Translations under genes and position numbers: made by a program
Assembly: GCA_036490755.1 (NCBI GenBank)
Contig: DASXDJ010000134.1
Location: 46,774 to 110,773 of the forward strand
Origin: Streptosporangiaceae bacterium
GTDB lineage: Bacteria > Actinomycetota > Actinomycetes > Streptosporangiales > Streptosporangiaceae
Direction: 5' to 3'
Length of the DNA: 64,000 bases
In this document: positions 63,730-64,000 of the stretch, piece after piece
Numbering within the stretch: the first letter of the stretch is position 1
How the letters are laid out: the number at the start of each line of letters is the position of its first letter
The notes under the pieces: generated by a model
Database searches by the model: none
What the model was told of the DNA's origin: nothing
Seen by the model: the letters and a program-made list of their open reading frames with translations, nothing else

Positions 63730-64000
63730 ATGTCGATCCAGGCAGGTGACAGGGCTCTGGAGCTGATCCCGGTCGCCGGGCAGGACGCGGTCTGCTCGAT
63801 GCCGCTGGTCCGCGACCCGGTCGGCGAGGATGCGGCTGCCGGGCTGGCCCGGGTGTTCCGGGCTCTCGGGGACCCGGTGCGGCTGCGGCTGGTGTCGCTG
63901 ATCGGCGCGCACCAGGGCGGCGAGGCCTGCGTGTGCGACCTGAACGCCGCGTTCCGCCTGTCCCAGCCGACGATCAGCCACCACCTCAAGGTGCTGCGCG
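63730..64000 (+). CDS. arsR: ArsR/SmtB-family metalloregulator (3' end outside window)
   Basis: From my own translation from ATG 63730: ...FRALGDPVRLRLVSLIGAHQGGEACVCDLNAAFRLSQPTISHHLKVLR. It has the ArsR HTH and the CVC metalloid site. It is absent from the ORF track because there is no stop within the window. Confidence 0.8.
   Translation, partial: MSIQAGDRALELIPVAGQDAVCSMPLVRDPVGEDAAAGLARVFRALGDPVRLRLVSLIGAHQGGEACVCDLNAAFRLSQPTISHHLKVLR

Overview
This is a high-G+C chromosomal segment that looks actinobacterial (rbpA-ppm1 synteny, KstR/igr-type steroid genes, SARP, VapBC). I read about 60 protein-coding genes. I found no rRNA, tRNA, CRISPR array, transposase or integrase. From left to right: (1) a housekeeping block of acs, ppm1, rbpA with a SigR-type promoter, a GDPD phosphodiesterase, RNA methyltransferases and small membrane proteins; (2) a frame-disrupted secreted-protein gene; (3) a KstR-controlled steroid side-chain block: kstR, three KstR operator boxes, an igr-like operon (fadE28/fadE29/chsH2/chsH1/ltp2), and a KstR-boxed accessory operon (NTF2-like, DUF1214, SDR, sulfotransferase) plus an F420/LLM oxidoreductase; (4) a lower-GC islet with a secreted lamin-tail-domain protein and vapBC; (5) a glycan-utilisation block: a lipoprotein with a 21-bp tandem repeat, a giant GH3/PA14 enzyme, a PfkB kinase, a ROK regulator, and a GH27 alpha-galactosidase carrying seven Cys-pair repeats; (6) a LuxR/HisKA_3 two-component system with an ABC-2 exporter; (7) a second lower-GC islet with an acidic orphan protein, a tiny basic membrane protein and a DUF433/DUF5615 pair; (8) a DrrAB-like exporter, DUF4097, an AfsR-like SARP and a MerR regulator; (9) a patchwork zone from about 45.7 to 62.8 kb. 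That zone contains a Ros/MucR-type zinc-finger protein, form-II CODH-like coxSLM, split coxD/coxE accessory genes, a REC-fused flavoprotein, a sulfite-oxidase-like trio and an ArsR/aquaporin locus, with an unusually high density of decayed genes. No single obvious large novel system stands out. The best candidates for undescribed biology are the 36.4-38.6 kb islet, the actinobacterial Ros/MucR zinc-finger multi-HTH protein with its decayed inverted paralog, the KstR-boxed sulfotransferase/SDR/DUF1214/NTF2 operon, and the Cys-pair repeat tail on GH27. All calls rest on reading translations and motifs by eye. No searches or computations were run.
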